Sequence record: NC_048821.1
Length of the DNA: 64,000 nt
Direction: 5' to 3' (one strand)
Position 1 is the first letter of the stretch. Every line of letters begins with the position of its first letter. Position numbers and translations under genes: made by a program. Shown here piece after piece: positions 39,201 through 47,551 of this stretch. The notes below the pieces were generated by a model. That model searched no databases, was not told the origin of the DNA, and worked only from the letters and a program-made list of their open reading frames with translations.

Positions 39201-40874
39201 GACATTAGCGGTAAAGCGATCCCTGACCTTAGTGATGTGAAGGTTGGTATCTACGACCTTGTGACTAGGGAAACATACGACCTGAAACCTTGGATGTTGG
39301 ATAACATCAACATTGCCTATAACTTTAATCCGCCAGCTGGCAGACATCGCTTCATGCAGTACTCCGACGCTTACATGGACTACTACCAAGTTCCTAAGGT
39401 GGTAGAGGTGACCGAAAGTGATCCTTCTGAGGTGGTAGTGCCTACGCAGGTAGTGTTATCTCCGACCATAGAAAACGGTGGTCTTGTGACACGGTCGAAC
39501 ATGAACATTAAAACGGGATTCCGTTTAGTTGACGACCAGTACCGTGATTGGAATGCAACTGGCGAGGTAAATGTTTACGATGATTACGTTGGGCTACTGC
39601 GTGAGACCAAATCAGAGGGTGAAGTTCATCAGGTTCAGATATATGATCCACTCGATCCTGGTTTACGCACTTGGCGTGTGTTCGCTGACTACAAAGAAGT
39701 TGGCACAATCCCAATCTTCATTGTGGAGGGTGACGACGTTATGAACTTGGTACCGGGATCTACTGTAGTTAACCGAGTGGATCAAACGGCGGTTGCGATG
39801 TTCGGTTGTTATTCAGCGACTAACATGACCCCTACTGTCGGTAAAACAGTAAACGTTTGGGAAGTTGGAAAGGAAGGAGCTAAACTGAGTCTAACCACTG
39901 ACGATAGAGGATTAGTTGCGTTTGACTTACCGGCACAAACCACACCGGGTGTTTACCACTACATAGTGGAGTACGACGGTAATCAAGTGCCGTTCGACTT
40001 CCATTGGGTAGCTGCGGATATGGTATTGGGTGAAAGCTTTGGTGAGACATTCTTCCCGACTGTATGGGCTGAAGAAGAGTACCAAGGGTTCAAGGCCGAG
40101 GTAGTCGACCAGAACGGTGACGTCGTAAGTAACGGTGTGAAAGGTATTTCGGTTAAGGACCTTGATGATCCTGAAATGAATTACTGGTACAACATCGATG
40201 GGGAATATGTGAGACCAGCTTACTTTACTAAGGGCAAACACTTAATTGGCATGTCGGCTGGTGCGGTAGCTGAGACGTTTAACATCTTCAGCGGTAATGC
40301 TACTGGACTCCGTACTTTGGCTTACGCTCAAGGTAAGGGTCTGGATGGTCAGAACCTGAAGGTGGCGTTTGGTCTAACTAACGAATCATTCGTACCGATT
40401 AACGGTGCAGTGGTTAAAGTGTGGATAGGAGAGAAATCAGGTGATTCTCATTACGAGGTGACTACTGGTACTTACGGTATCGCCGAGTTTGACATTCCTC
40501 AGCCTGAGGGTGTGACACGCACTTGGTTGTACGCGGAATCAAATGGTCATGAGTTGAAGATACCGGTTGTTTGGGCTAAGAAACCAACACCAAGTAAATT
40601 CAGCACACTGACAGTTCCGACTTCAATCCCGGCAGGATCTACGCTGGACTTCTCTGCAACGATTGTTAACCAAGATGATACGCCAGATAGCATCGATAGC
40701 TGGAAAGCTATTCATGGTGGTGTGTACGTTAAGGCTAACCAGAAGTTTGAGTACTTGTTCTCAGCGTCTGGCGATCATTCGTTAAACATCATTGGTGATC
40801 TATCACCGGGTACTCACGAAATTGTGTTCTTCACATTGGCTGGGTACGAGGTGAAACAAATCACTATCACTTAA
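33222..40874 (+). CDS. Second giant Ig-like repeat protein (~2550 aa), paralogue of 22491..33074
   Basis: Start reassigned to ATG 33222 (RBS AGGAAG); N-terminus MTGVIRGNLL parallels MAGIIRGNLL; about 10 TD..G repeat motifs. Confidence 0.8.
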   Translation: MTGVIRGNLLKGDTTVKPDGPVSLTLKRDDGLPDTEVVTDADGNWQVEVESATKKKVKFSFFDKSKPLGEHEVEFVKELEIIPASGRFTKENLNGFHGRLIDQDLNPISDAEITYKRKYDDAENWIESSVTTNEHGYFNVMWGINELEPKKLYIQISYGDLSDEFTYDFSDGSLTTYFVDPVGQEELAPGETLKVVGRAFPNYGSGDVNLTEDAFLGHFVDNPLYFVDNSESLESGGKFSIDVDGTHATLMSNNGNLEVKPPVVQGLKPPAIMRFGVRSVLINNPDLHYSGSFPLTCSVYTADYKKPNVDSSELEFYDFNNSPHSYGSYLTEGNDRWYAGEDFVSIREGGYKHTVLCRGRPLADNYVRCFTDGDMLNLVGGTRNWVHVGNEVVNRLALTDNQGNPRSGVTVSFFKGDSETAFRQATTDDLGLVEITLPTESEVTRTFMRAEADGVEATWYNDWVPVTLEVVESVSTPFLPVYFDRDFFMFLTTPLGKDGQPFNPQDSGVYEGLTIQLLDRWYVRPYLSKRDGACEYLLPLQDDTNPIKGGRLSMTCDHFHTEKDVVVGKRVGLNPLPYAQGTSVANQDLTTGWLLLDDALEPVEGGVIDVWIDDRSGAVDHKLTTDKYGIVEITVPFKEGELVRKAYAKHGTDQFELELMWTEKNAACQITITPPQGDIGVDELVTFDVRSLDQHGNEVNEESPVLFNMYGFSNLGVYDKVTHKVEYLGSDRTTDVNVQTNDKVGEQELVFFTEAGFKTVKFNAIQRPVRNTDRLEYSSSTAFPDSEALVGFRVSDDNGQGVPGETVEIRYLGEEVDKLVGNTWIKVHEGGSDEVITTLTTDEFGIVEFPTTMPTDTGTHSWSGTTVSAGPKDRKGKTDVYVHWRDGIITDLKNVKSIPVTESGEKTVFSAELWENVSADNQVITEDNMHIHVYIKELDRTLENTGTFYKGHKVCSIDEVLPDGTYHAVLYVQNAQHEVTLSWGSVAGVNPTSLVYNNFVPKKFPIGARYISSVSLNDDDGKITAMTRAVNVEVYNSDNQVMGEGVIDVDGNGRIQWSTNYGTPNPIETYEFRDGSKVLFSMTAGLVTWPKIKMTPYNLTNPVIGQTITVGAFVENEEETEAVDGIYVTMEDNYGNLLAEGETDEFGFFDISYDRIGEESHMFVRAKCGQSSNYETAPWTDTNSPRWVDLQLTNPPTSVDNDGSVFMNGMMRDQDGNPADRVAYSVYDVRNRSSIGGRSKSDGRIEPSLDNIALGKNPVVVTSANGMVRHVVNYKKMPASADIVSGHSEAMAFDGNPEVTYQLKDSEGNNYVPNEGEVVNLLTQSGRYQKHGTPVGPTGLVTMPWFSKGIGHEVYILANEDMSKALNTTPTEHIAIKEVKVFHASDYPQSGDPGIMLANVQDFNDNPIPNIEFRVKSTTDGFELDAVYKTDANGVGKVLLAGQSDGTNISVELTCGNAVTSYSIGWEDGGESSPGTVILDALPSEASEDDNLPITGKVVDSEGNGISDAFVYLYIGTPNSTYYQEDSVNADADGRFSITPWLESGNLKFLVVNGNDFDSAEVLCYSTPMVTMTNLTIRDIHENQRGRVSALYKDRYGNPVQGETVEFRFDSASGELIDTKTTNEKGHAWTEVTWTQAQGHSEIYAVCNEASDSTYINVAEAGDVAPVVSTIAWHNNVGFVHPEMPALIMGKVLDQHGNPYSKAEVNYYRPDIGSRNMTYTDSDGNFTLEVSPGRFDPTRKDLFGVRGKFTEIAPKWNMGTKFKSGAIKFNKPDFPEGIPYDSTITLSGTVKDTDGSMAEVGDAVIKLKARVRSEGSELGLKEFTVSPDGTWSVDIPTPDKEIKFDVWLEDEYGNGCDRVALWAGPPKTKTLAFAPPTHDYIPEGQNHTRVVYYLLDEEGKPMPNVSIDFKYKGDADSRWNYGSMDRTDEDGHVNTRIQLRNSTTIELRIKAEGLTTKHTIVRTSDPVGTNLVGVYYPDSTSVSRGLTGWAKLTDISGKAIPDLSDVKVGIYDLVTRETYDLKPWMLDNINIAYNFNPPAGRHRFMQYSDAYMDYYQVPKVVEVTESDPSEVVVPTQVVLSPTIENGGLVTRSNMNIKTGFRLVDDQYRDWNATGEVNVYDDYVGLLRETKSEGEVHQVQIYDPLDPGLRTWRVFADYKEVGTIPIFIVEGDDVMNLVPGSTVVNRVDQTAVAMFGCYSATNMTPTVGKTVNVWEVGKEGAKLSLTTDDRGLVAFDLPAQTTPGVYHYIVEYDGNQVPFDFHWVAADMVLGESFGETFFPTVWAEEEYQGFKAEVVDQNGDVVSNGVKGISVKDLDDPEMNYWYNIDGEYVRPAYFTKGKHLIGMSAGAVAETFNIFSGNATGLRTLAYAQGKGLDGQNLKVAFGLTNESFVPINGAVVKVWIGEKSGDSHYEVTTGTYGIAEFDIPQPEGVTRTWLYAESNGHELKIPVVWAKKPTPSKFSTLTVPTSIPAGSTLDFSATIVNQDDTPDSIDSWKAIHGGVYVKANQKFEYLFSASGDHSLNIIGDLSPGTHEIVFFTLAGYEVKQITIT

Positions 40875-40886
40875 TCATAACTAACT

Positions 40887-40920
40887 ATAACCGAGTAGGA
40901 CTTTCGTCCTACTCGGTTAT
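40887..40920 (+). terminator. Intrinsic terminator
   Basis: 15-bp perfect stem ATAACCGAGTAGGAC-tttc-GTCCTACTCGGTTAT followed by TTATGCA. Confidence 0.85.
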
Positions 40921-40962
40921 TTATGCATCGTATAGACCCTAGCCATTAAGCAAGGAGTTATC

Positions 40963-43900
40963 ATGGGTGCCAAATTAGAATTTAAATTTAACGAACAAGA
41001 ACAAGTTTTAAAATACCTAAGCATAGAGAAAGAAACACTCCCTACGAAGCTAGTGGATGAACCTTCAGACGACGTACCGGAGCGTAACTGGGAGGAGTTA
41101 TTAAAAGCACACTGGGAAGAAGACTCTCTGAGTTCTTTAAAGACCGTCCGATTCATGAAGGACTTTGAAAGATATCGAGCTAGACCTGATTTAAAGACCA
41201 CCAATAAATCTTTCATCCGTACTATGGACGTATTCCGCCGCATGGGCATCAAGAACTGTGCTTTCCACTTACAACTTAACAACCCTATGTTGGTTGGAGT
41301 GGACCCTCGTTCCCCAGACTTAACAGATGATCAACGACTAATGATCATGAAAGAGATGCAAGAGAACTTCTGGTATTTCTTAAGGGAAGTGTGTCACTTA
41401 AACGGTGGTATCCGTTTCCGTGCTAACCGTGCTAACATTTCCTTTGCGTGGTGTTGGTTAAACCACCTGACTACAATGTTAATCCTCCCACGTCAGCAAG
41501 GTAAAGAATTATCTGTTGATGCTAAAATCAAAACTATGAATGGATGGGTTCGAAACGGAGACCTTAAACCAGGTGATGTGATACTGACGTCTAAGGGTGA
41601 TCCATGTAAAGTTAAGGGGGTTTATCCTCAAGGGGTTAAGTCTTTATATTGGGTTACTATGGAAGACGGTCGTCGGGTGAAGGCAGGTCTTGATCACTTG
41701 TGGAAAGTATTTGACTGGGGTAAGAATCGTTGGAAGATATGCAGTACTCGGGAATTGATCTCTGATTTATGTAAAGGACGTAAATGCAGTATTCCTATCG
41801 CACTCCCAGAACACAAGACTGATGTTAAGCTTCCTGTCCACCCTTGGCTACTGGGGATGATCTTAGGAGGAAATGGGATTACTGGTGCGCTAACCAAGAT
41901 TGGAAACAAAGATCCAATTGTGCGTCAAAAACTAGATCACATTCTAAGCCTCCACGAGAAACCTATAGTGACCGGAAAGGGGATCCCAGACGAATACCTT
42001 ACCTCATCTTATTTGCAGCGTGTGGAGCTTGTACAGGGCTTAATGGACGCTCATGGGGAAGTGACACCTACAGGTAATTTGTTATGGGTAAATGACGACG
42101 TGGAATTCAACGTGCGTTTGACTGAGCTCGTTCGATCGGTAGGTGGCGTAGTTTATACAAGCGAAGATGGAACCTGTTTAGAAATCAACGACCCTGCGTT
42201 AGACTTATTGGTTTCAGTAGATTATAAACGTAATCTGTTGAGACATAACTCTAAGGGTGTAGCGAGACCCACTCAGTTAGAGATTACTTCTATTGAGTAT
42301 GCTTGTGACGAAGAAGCGTTATGTATCGAGATAGATGACCCAGAACACCTGTACGTTACAGACGATTACATCGTAACCCACAACACGGTTACTGCACAAT
42401 GTATCTTTTTCTGGTTAACTTACATATCTGGTCGTGCTTACGAGTCTCACCTCATTACTCTGAAAGACGATAACCGACAACAATTCGTTGATGCGATTAA
42501 GGGTATCCGTAACAATATCCCGTCGTGGATGACGAACGTCACCTACCGAGATAAAGACGCAGGTAACTCGTTAACGTACTCTGCCTTTGGTGATGAGGTT
42601 AAGAACAAACTCACTATATCGGTACCACAGATCGGTCAGGAAGCAGCACGAAACGTTGGTCGTGGTTTAACCATCAAGTCTCGTTTCATAGATGAGCCTG
42701 CGTACATTAAGTGGATGGAAGAAATCCTCAACGGTGCTGGCCCATCTACGTTGACGGCTCGTGAAAACGCCCGCAGACTAAATGAACCTTACGCTACTGG
42801 GTTCATTACAACACCTGCGAGTATACTGACAGAATCTGGTCAGTATATGTACAACATCCTCATGGAGTCTACGGAATGGCGTGAAAACTATTTCGATACT
42901 TACGGGGAATCTCATCTGTACGATGTGCTGTTGAAGAACGCACCCAAAGCCACTACTAGTCCGTCAGTTGGCATGGTCTTCAACTACCTGCAACTTGGTA
43001 AGAACCGAGACTGGGTTAAGAAAACCATCGACGAACTTAAGTTGTCACTCAGTGAAGCTAAGATCGACTTGTTGTTGATGTGGGATGATAATGGTAAAGG
43101 TAAGTTATTCGATGACGAAACTCGTGATGCGTTGAATGATGCTAAACGTGGTCGTAGTTGGAGTCAACAGATCTCCGGTACATCTTTGTTCTTTGACTGG
43201 TTCATCACAGAAGAAGAACATGCCGAGATTATGAGTGGTGGAAAGAACTCCACTTTCTACTTAATTGGTTTGGATACTTCTGGTGCGGTAGGTCGAGACG
43301 CTTGCACTATCGTAGTGCGAGATATCAGAGACGGCTCTGTAGCGGGTGTAGGGCGTTATCAGCGTGCTTTCTTAACCGAGGTAGGGATGGTGGTCCAAAC
43401 ATTGCTCATGGAGCTTCCTAACTCGCTATTGATACCAGAACGTAACTACGCTCACCACATGATCGATCAATTGTTACAATCACTCCCTGCTATGGGACTG
43501 GATCCATTTAAGAAGATCTATAACCGCATCTTCCAAGATCCGATGAAATACCAAAACCATTACCGTGATATTAAAGCCCGCGCCTTTGGTAATCGCAACG
43601 ACGTGTTCTATTTGAAATACAAAGAGTTCTTTGGTTTCAACACTGGAGCGAAATCACGTGAGACCATGTACGGGTTCTTAGAAGAAGCGGTGAGCTTAAC
43701 CGGGTCTGGGACCAACTACACTAAATTGATTGACGAGTTAACTAACTTGAAGATTAAGAACGGACGCATTGACCACGAAACTGGTAACCACGATGATATC
43801 GTAATCAGTTGGTTATTAACATACTGGTTTATTAAGTTAGGGGAAAACAAAAATGAATACGGTATTCCTGCTGGCATTGCCTTAACTAACGTTAATATGT

Positions 43901-44175
43901 TACGCCTTGGTGAAACCAAGAAAGAACTCTCCGATCCAGTAAAACAAAAACGCATTGCTTTCTACCGACAAAAAATCGATGAAGTAAGTGCGAAGTTGAT
44001 GGACTGTGATGACCCTATCATAGTCGCACGCCTTGAAGTGGCTCTGGAGCGTTTGCGTGATATGGTTCCGGATGATGTCCGTAAGTCGATTACAATTGAT
44101 GATATTAAACGTCAAGCTGAAACCGAGCGTAATAAACGTATGTTGGAAAACAAGCGTAAAGGGTATCGTCGTTAG
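40963..44175 (+). CDS. terL: Terminase large subunit (phiKZ gp25-like), intein-containing
   Basis: Walker A PRQQGK/T, Walker B FIDEP, FITTP, nuclease IGLDTS and HDD motifs; 777 aa after intein removal. Confidence 0.93.
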   Translation: MGAKLEFKFNEQEQVLKYLSIEKETLPTKLVDEPSDDVPERNWEELLKAHWEEDSLSSLKTVRFMKDFERYRARPDLKTTNKSFIRTMDVFRRMGIKNCAFHLQLNNPMLVGVDPRSPDLTDDQRLMIMKEMQENFWYFLREVCHLNGGIRFRANRANISFAWCWLNHLTTMLILPRQQGKELSVDAKIKTMNGWVRNGDLKPGDVILTSKGDPCKVKGVYPQGVKSLYWVTMEDGRRVKAGLDHLWKVFDWGKNRWKICSTRELISDLCKGRKCSIPIALPEHKTDVKLPVHPWLLGMILGGNGITGALTKIGNKDPIVRQKLDHILSLHEKPIVTGKGIPDEYLTSSYLQRVELVQGLMDAHGEVTPTGNLLWVNDDVEFNVRLTELVRSVGGVVYTSEDGTCLEINDPALDLLVSVDYKRNLLRHNSKGVARPTQLEITSIEYACDEEALCIEIDDPEHLYVTDDYIVTHNTVTAQCIFFWLTYISGRAYESHLITLKDDNRQQFVDAIKGIRNNIPSWMTNVTYRDKDAGNSLTYSAFGDEVKNKLTISVPQIGQEAARNVGRGLTIKSRFIDEPAYIKWMEEILNGAGPSTLTARENARRLNEPYATGFITTPASILTESGQYMYNILMESTEWRENYFDTYGESHLYDVLLKNAPKATTSPSVGMVFNYLQLGKNRDWVKKTIDELKLSLSEAKIDLLLMWDDNGKGKLFDDETRDALNDAKRGRSWSQQISGTSLFFDWFITEEEHAEIMSGGKNSTFYLIGLDTSGAVGRDACTIVVRDIRDGSVAGVGRYQRAFLTEVGMVVQTLLMELPNSLLIPERNYAHHMIDQLLQSLPAMGLDPFKKIYNRIFQDPMKYQNHYRDIKARAFGNRNDVFYLKYKEFFGFNTGAKSRETMYGFLEEAVSLTGSGTNYTKLIDELTNLKIKNGRIDHETGNHDDIVISWLLTYWFIKLGENKNEYGIPAGIALTNVNMLRLGETKKELSDPVKQKRIAFYRQKIDEVSAKLMDCDDPIIVARLEVALERLRDMVPDDVRKSITIDDIKRQAETERNKRMLENKRKGYRR
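41506..42384 (+). mobile_element. Intein (293 aa, class-3 WCT signature, Glu1, degenerate LAGLIDADG endonuclease) in terL Walker A
   Basis: GK|ELSVDAKIKT...GLDHLW...ALCIEID..HLYVT..IVTHN|T; LAGLIDADG remnants WLLGMILGGNG and LVQGLMDAHG. Confidence 0.92.
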
Positions 44176-44187
44176 GTAAAATGCAAA

Positions 44188-44223
44188 TATAACTCCTACC
44201 TCCCTAGGGAGGTAGGAGTTATA
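44188..44223. terminator. Near-perfect palindromic, probably bidirectional terminator
   Basis: TATAACTCCTACCTCCC-ta-GGGAGGTAGGAGTTATA between convergent terL and tmk. Confidence 0.8.
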
Positions 44224-44359
44224 ACTTTTATCGTCTTGCCGGAGCTTAAGTTACCGCCAAATAACTTAACGCAAGACTACCTTACCAAAAAGAGGAGTTA
44301 TCATGTGTCCCACTTTCCAAACCTAGACCACACATAAAATGTAACACTTGGGTAAAAGT

Positions 44360-44983
44360 TTACATCCCGAGTCGTTTTAACTCTTCATAAACTTCATCTG
44401 GATCATTAGAACGAATCACTTTAACGTTCGAACTTAATTGCAATAAACGCAATGAGTTCTGGTACTCTTTTTGGAAGTGACAGAAAACAGTTGGGTCACT
44501 GATGTGTGTCTCAATCGCTTCGGTTTCTTCTCGGTCTTTACCAAGTCGTTCGATGTAAGTTGGATGATCTATTTCCAAATAAACAACTACATCCGGCGTC
44601 ACGTTTTTAGATAGATAGCGACCTGCTTGTACGTTAGCCAGTAAAATGGCGTTGGCGTCGTGGTTTTTGTCTTGTTGGTAAACCATGGAGGTTAAGAGAC
44701 AACGGTCCGTGATAACACACTGTCCTGCCTTTAGAGCCGGGTTTACTTTTTCTTCATAGAGTGCGACACGTTGGGCGACACTCATATGGATCTGGGCAAC
44801 CTTAGGGATCGTAGGGGAAATAACCATCTTACGGATAGTCTTCCATTCCTCAGAGTCTTTACGAGGTTCAGCGAGCAGTACGGGGCGTTCTAGGTTGTCC
44901 GCCTGCATCTTCTCTAAGATCTTTTCGATCATGGTGGATTTGCCGGCGTAATCTAAGCCTTCAAACGCAATTACTTTATTCAC
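44360..44983 (-). CDS. tmk: Thymidylate (dTMP) kinase
   Basis: P-loop AFEGLDYAGKST, EP, VITDR..TS..YQ, PD.VVYL. Confidence 0.93.
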   Translation of the reverse strand: MNKVIAFEGLDYAGKSTMIEKILEKMQADNLERPVLLAEPRKDSEEWKTIRKMVISPTIPKVAQIHMSVAQRVALYEEKVNPALKAGQCVITDRCLLTSMVYQQDKNHDANAILLANVQAGRYLSKNVTPDVVVYLEIDHPTYIERLGKDREETEAIETHISDPTVFCHFQKEYQNSLRLLQLSSNVKVIRSNDPDEVYEELKRLGM

Positions 44984-45006
44984 AACTTAAAAAATCCTTA
45001 ATAAAA

Positions 45007-45032
45007 CGTAGGGAGTCTATAGACTCCCTACG
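45007..45032 (-). terminator. Intrinsic terminator (minus strand)
   Basis: CGTAGGGAGTC-tata-GACTCCCTACG with an A-tract on its left side (T-tract on the minus strand). Confidence 0.7.
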
Positions 45033-45041
45033 ATAGTAAAA

Positions 45042-46412
45042 TTAAACACGGTCTTTAGTTAATACACGTAGCACGATATACAACATTAGGGCAGTGCGTA
45101 ATGCAGAGTACGTAACACGAGTACGGATACCGGTCAGGTCTTGTACGATGTCATCTCCCATGGCACGCATTTTCAGAATAGATTCATTCTGGTTACGAGG
45201 GGATGCGTAAGTTCCCGCCATACGTGTGATTACCTCACGAAGATTAGTCTGACGAATTCGGTTAGAGTTTAAGTACTCAAACAAATGAGTCAGCACCTCA
45301 TCTACGAATTCCTGGTAATATTCGCCACGTTTATTCCGTGCCTGATAGTTACCAGGGAACTCTTTAAGAACACGTTCTAGTTTATCCTTAGGGGCGTTAT
45401 CGATCTTTTTAGTGATCACGTCCGCTAGTTCCTCTTTATAGAAACCAGTAGGGGCGGTAAGGATGATTTTAGCGTAGTTCTTATAAACGTTAACTTGCTT
45501 GGTAATCTCCTTGACAGTCATACCTTCTTCCATGTTAACTTGAGCTTTATCAAGCTGCATGATGTTAGTACGGTTTTTTACGTCATGGAACACTTTGTTG
45601 ATATCGTTAACTAGACCACGAAGACGGTCCTGAATATCACCTACCATGTAAATGATTTTCTTATCGTCGTTCATTTGTGTAAACGTTTTATAGTGTATCC
45701 CGGTAGTTGGGCTGATGATGTACTCAGCACGCGCCAAGAACAGCGCTCGCCAACTTTCATACTTTTTAATGTCGTACTTCAGGCTAAGGCGGTTATACGT
45801 CTCATAAACGATCTCAGGCTTCGCTAGGTACTTGTAGTCATTGTGAATCATTGAAGTGATACATTTACAATGATACATGAAAAGTACCATGATCTGGGCT
45901 TCACGTTTCATACCCGCCGGGAGTTGCTTGGAATGTTGGATCTTCCAAAGCAGATAAGGAATGGTCAAGTTAAAAACGTCACCGGTTACCGCCCAGTCTT
46001 TGTTAACCCACTTACACTCGTGGAGACTTTCCTTCAACTCTTCCTCATCGACATCCCAAATGTCGGTAAACCATTCGTTACGGTCAGCCGTAGTGAATGT
46101 GATTTTTTGCAAACCGAGATAAGGAGAACCAAAGAAGTCACCGTAGTCAGTGATACCGACTTTACGGGTCGTGAAGTTAAACATGTAACGCTTTAGACGA
46201 GTTGCCCACTTAACGTCGATGACTAGATCACGACCAAAGTGTTCACAAACATCCAAGATGGCATTATCACGTTTGTAGTTAAAGTTAGGAATCAACGACT
46301 CCATACCGTCGATCAGGAATTCATCCTGGGACTGGTACGGTTGATCGTTGAATAAAGATACGGTGGGTTCGTAGAAACTCTCCCCACCAAACACGTCGTG
46401 TTCTAAAAACAT
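45042..46412 (-). CDS. Conserved phiKZ-like hypothetical, probably structural (456 aa)
   Basis: Long ORF coupled (TAATG) to the upstream gene; late-gene-like codon usage. Confidence 0.6.
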   Translation of the reverse strand: MFLEHDVFGGESFYEPTVSLFNDQPYQSQDEFLIDGMESLIPNFNYKRDNAILDVCEHFGRDLVIDVKWATRLKRYMFNFTTRKVGITDYGDFFGSPYLGLQKITFTTADRNEWFTDIWDVDEEELKESLHECKWVNKDWAVTGDVFNLTIPYLLWKIQHSKQLPAGMKREAQIMVLFMYHCKCITSMIHNDYKYLAKPEIVYETYNRLSLKYDIKKYESWRALFLARAEYIISPTTGIHYKTFTQMNDDKKIIYMVGDIQDRLRGLVNDINKVFHDVKNRTNIMQLDKAQVNMEEGMTVKEITKQVNVYKNYAKIILTAPTGFYKEELADVITKKIDNAPKDKLERVLKEFPGNYQARNKRGEYYQEFVDEVLTHLFEYLNSNRIRQTNLREVITRMAGTYASPRNQNESILKMRAMGDDIVQDLTGIRTRVTYSALRTALMLYIVLRVLTKDRV

Positions 46413-47257
46413 TACATTCTCCCAGGAACAGTCTTACGAATCATTTCTGCTTTACGCTGAGTATCGGAGTAAGACATAAACTTGAGCCATTCATTTTCGA
46501 AGTACTCTTTGTAATCTTTCCAAGCATCTTGATATCCGTAAACTTCGTCTCGGATAGAGTCCACGTTTACTCCACCACGAACCACACCTTCGTTAATTTT
46601 GTTACGAACGTTTTTGTAAATGTGCGCTTTGGTTGCGTGTTCTACTAAAGTCGCAAAGTAAGGATAAGCTCGTGGGTTGATGTGGGATAAGGCATCGTCA
46701 GATTCCAATACCATACGAGCAGTCATAGAAAAGATGCCTGACGGACAATTGCTGATAATGAACGTGTTATTACCGATCACTTGGATGTTGGTAAACGTTT
46801 GCGGGATCGCTCGGTTAGATCGAAGTCCGTTCAACATACCTGCGGTCATGTCATTCAATGCACCTTCACCACAACCCACGTTTTGAGCGGCCATGGAAAG
46901 TGCACCACTAGAAGCTCCAATAGAACCTTGGTATACTTCCGCTACTGAGATGATCTTACGACCACCAGTTACGAAGTCTGGGACTTGTACTTGGATTTTA
47001 CCGTGACCTAACTGGATGATACTGGACCCAGTCAAATCAATTAATTCTGTTACGCCACCTTGGACGTTACACTGTTTGAGGACCACCCCATGGATAACAC
47101 GTTCTCGTAGACCCTGCTCAACGCTATAGTTGATCGGTTCTGATAACCAGTTATCCACTACGTTTTGGTTAGGGTTAGCAAACGCTAGCTCCAATACGTA
47201 ACTTGAGATGTCCCCGCCTTCTACTACTTCGTTGATTGCATAATCTACGCAGTTCAT
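46412..47257 (-). CDS. Conserved phiKZ-like hypothetical, probably structural (281 aa)
   Basis: Long ORF with RBS AAGGTAG; the TGGRKIISV segment resembles recalled phiKZ-family virion proteins. Confidence 0.55.
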   Translation of the reverse strand: MNCVDYAINEVVEGGDISSYVLELAFANPNQNVVDNWLSEPINYSVEQGLRERVIHGVVLKQCNVQGGVTELIDLTGSSIIQLGHGKIQVQVPDFVTGGRKIISVAEVYQGSIGASSGALSMAAQNVGCGEGALNDMTAGMLNGLRSNRAIPQTFTNIQVIGNNTFIISNCPSGIFSMTARMVLESDDALSHINPRAYPYFATLVEHATKAHIYKNVRNKINEGVVRGGVNVDSIRDEVYGYQDAWKDYKEYFENEWLKFMSYSDTQRKAEMIRKTVPGRM

Positions 47258-47325
47258 AATACGCTACCTTATGAGTTGTATGGTCGGTGAGTGGTTCAAT
47301 AAAATTCCAAAATGCAAAAATAAGG

Positions 47326-47347
47326 GGTAGGGGATGGGACCCCTACC
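47326..47347 (-). terminator. Intrinsic terminator (minus strand)
   Basis: GGTAGGGG-atggga-CCCCTACC preceded on the plus strand by TGCAAAAATAA. Confidence 0.65.
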
Positions 47348-47551
47348 GAACCTTAAAATCAACCTAAATATTGAAACCCAATCGCAAGACATTCCGGGCC
47401 AAATGACCATCGAAAGACAACCAACCACAGCGTCTATCGTTTAAGAGTTACCTTGCTATATAATAGGTTTTAGGATTTAATGTATAGTTTCTTTAACTGG
47501 GATTCTATATTTAATGTCAGATTTCAATAACTTATAACAGGAGTAACGACA

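Noticed and set aside
22491-40874. Diversity-generating retroelement or invertible tail-fibre cassette
   Set aside because: No reverse transcriptase, recombinase, template/variable repeat pair or inverted crossover sites were seen.
10260-46886. Numerous 60-160-aa antisense or alternate-frame ORFs inside long genes (e.g. 10260..10733, 28254..28730, 38375..38827)
   Set aside because: These are shadow ORFs expected from the host genes' codon bias; they lack RBSs and recognisable motifs.
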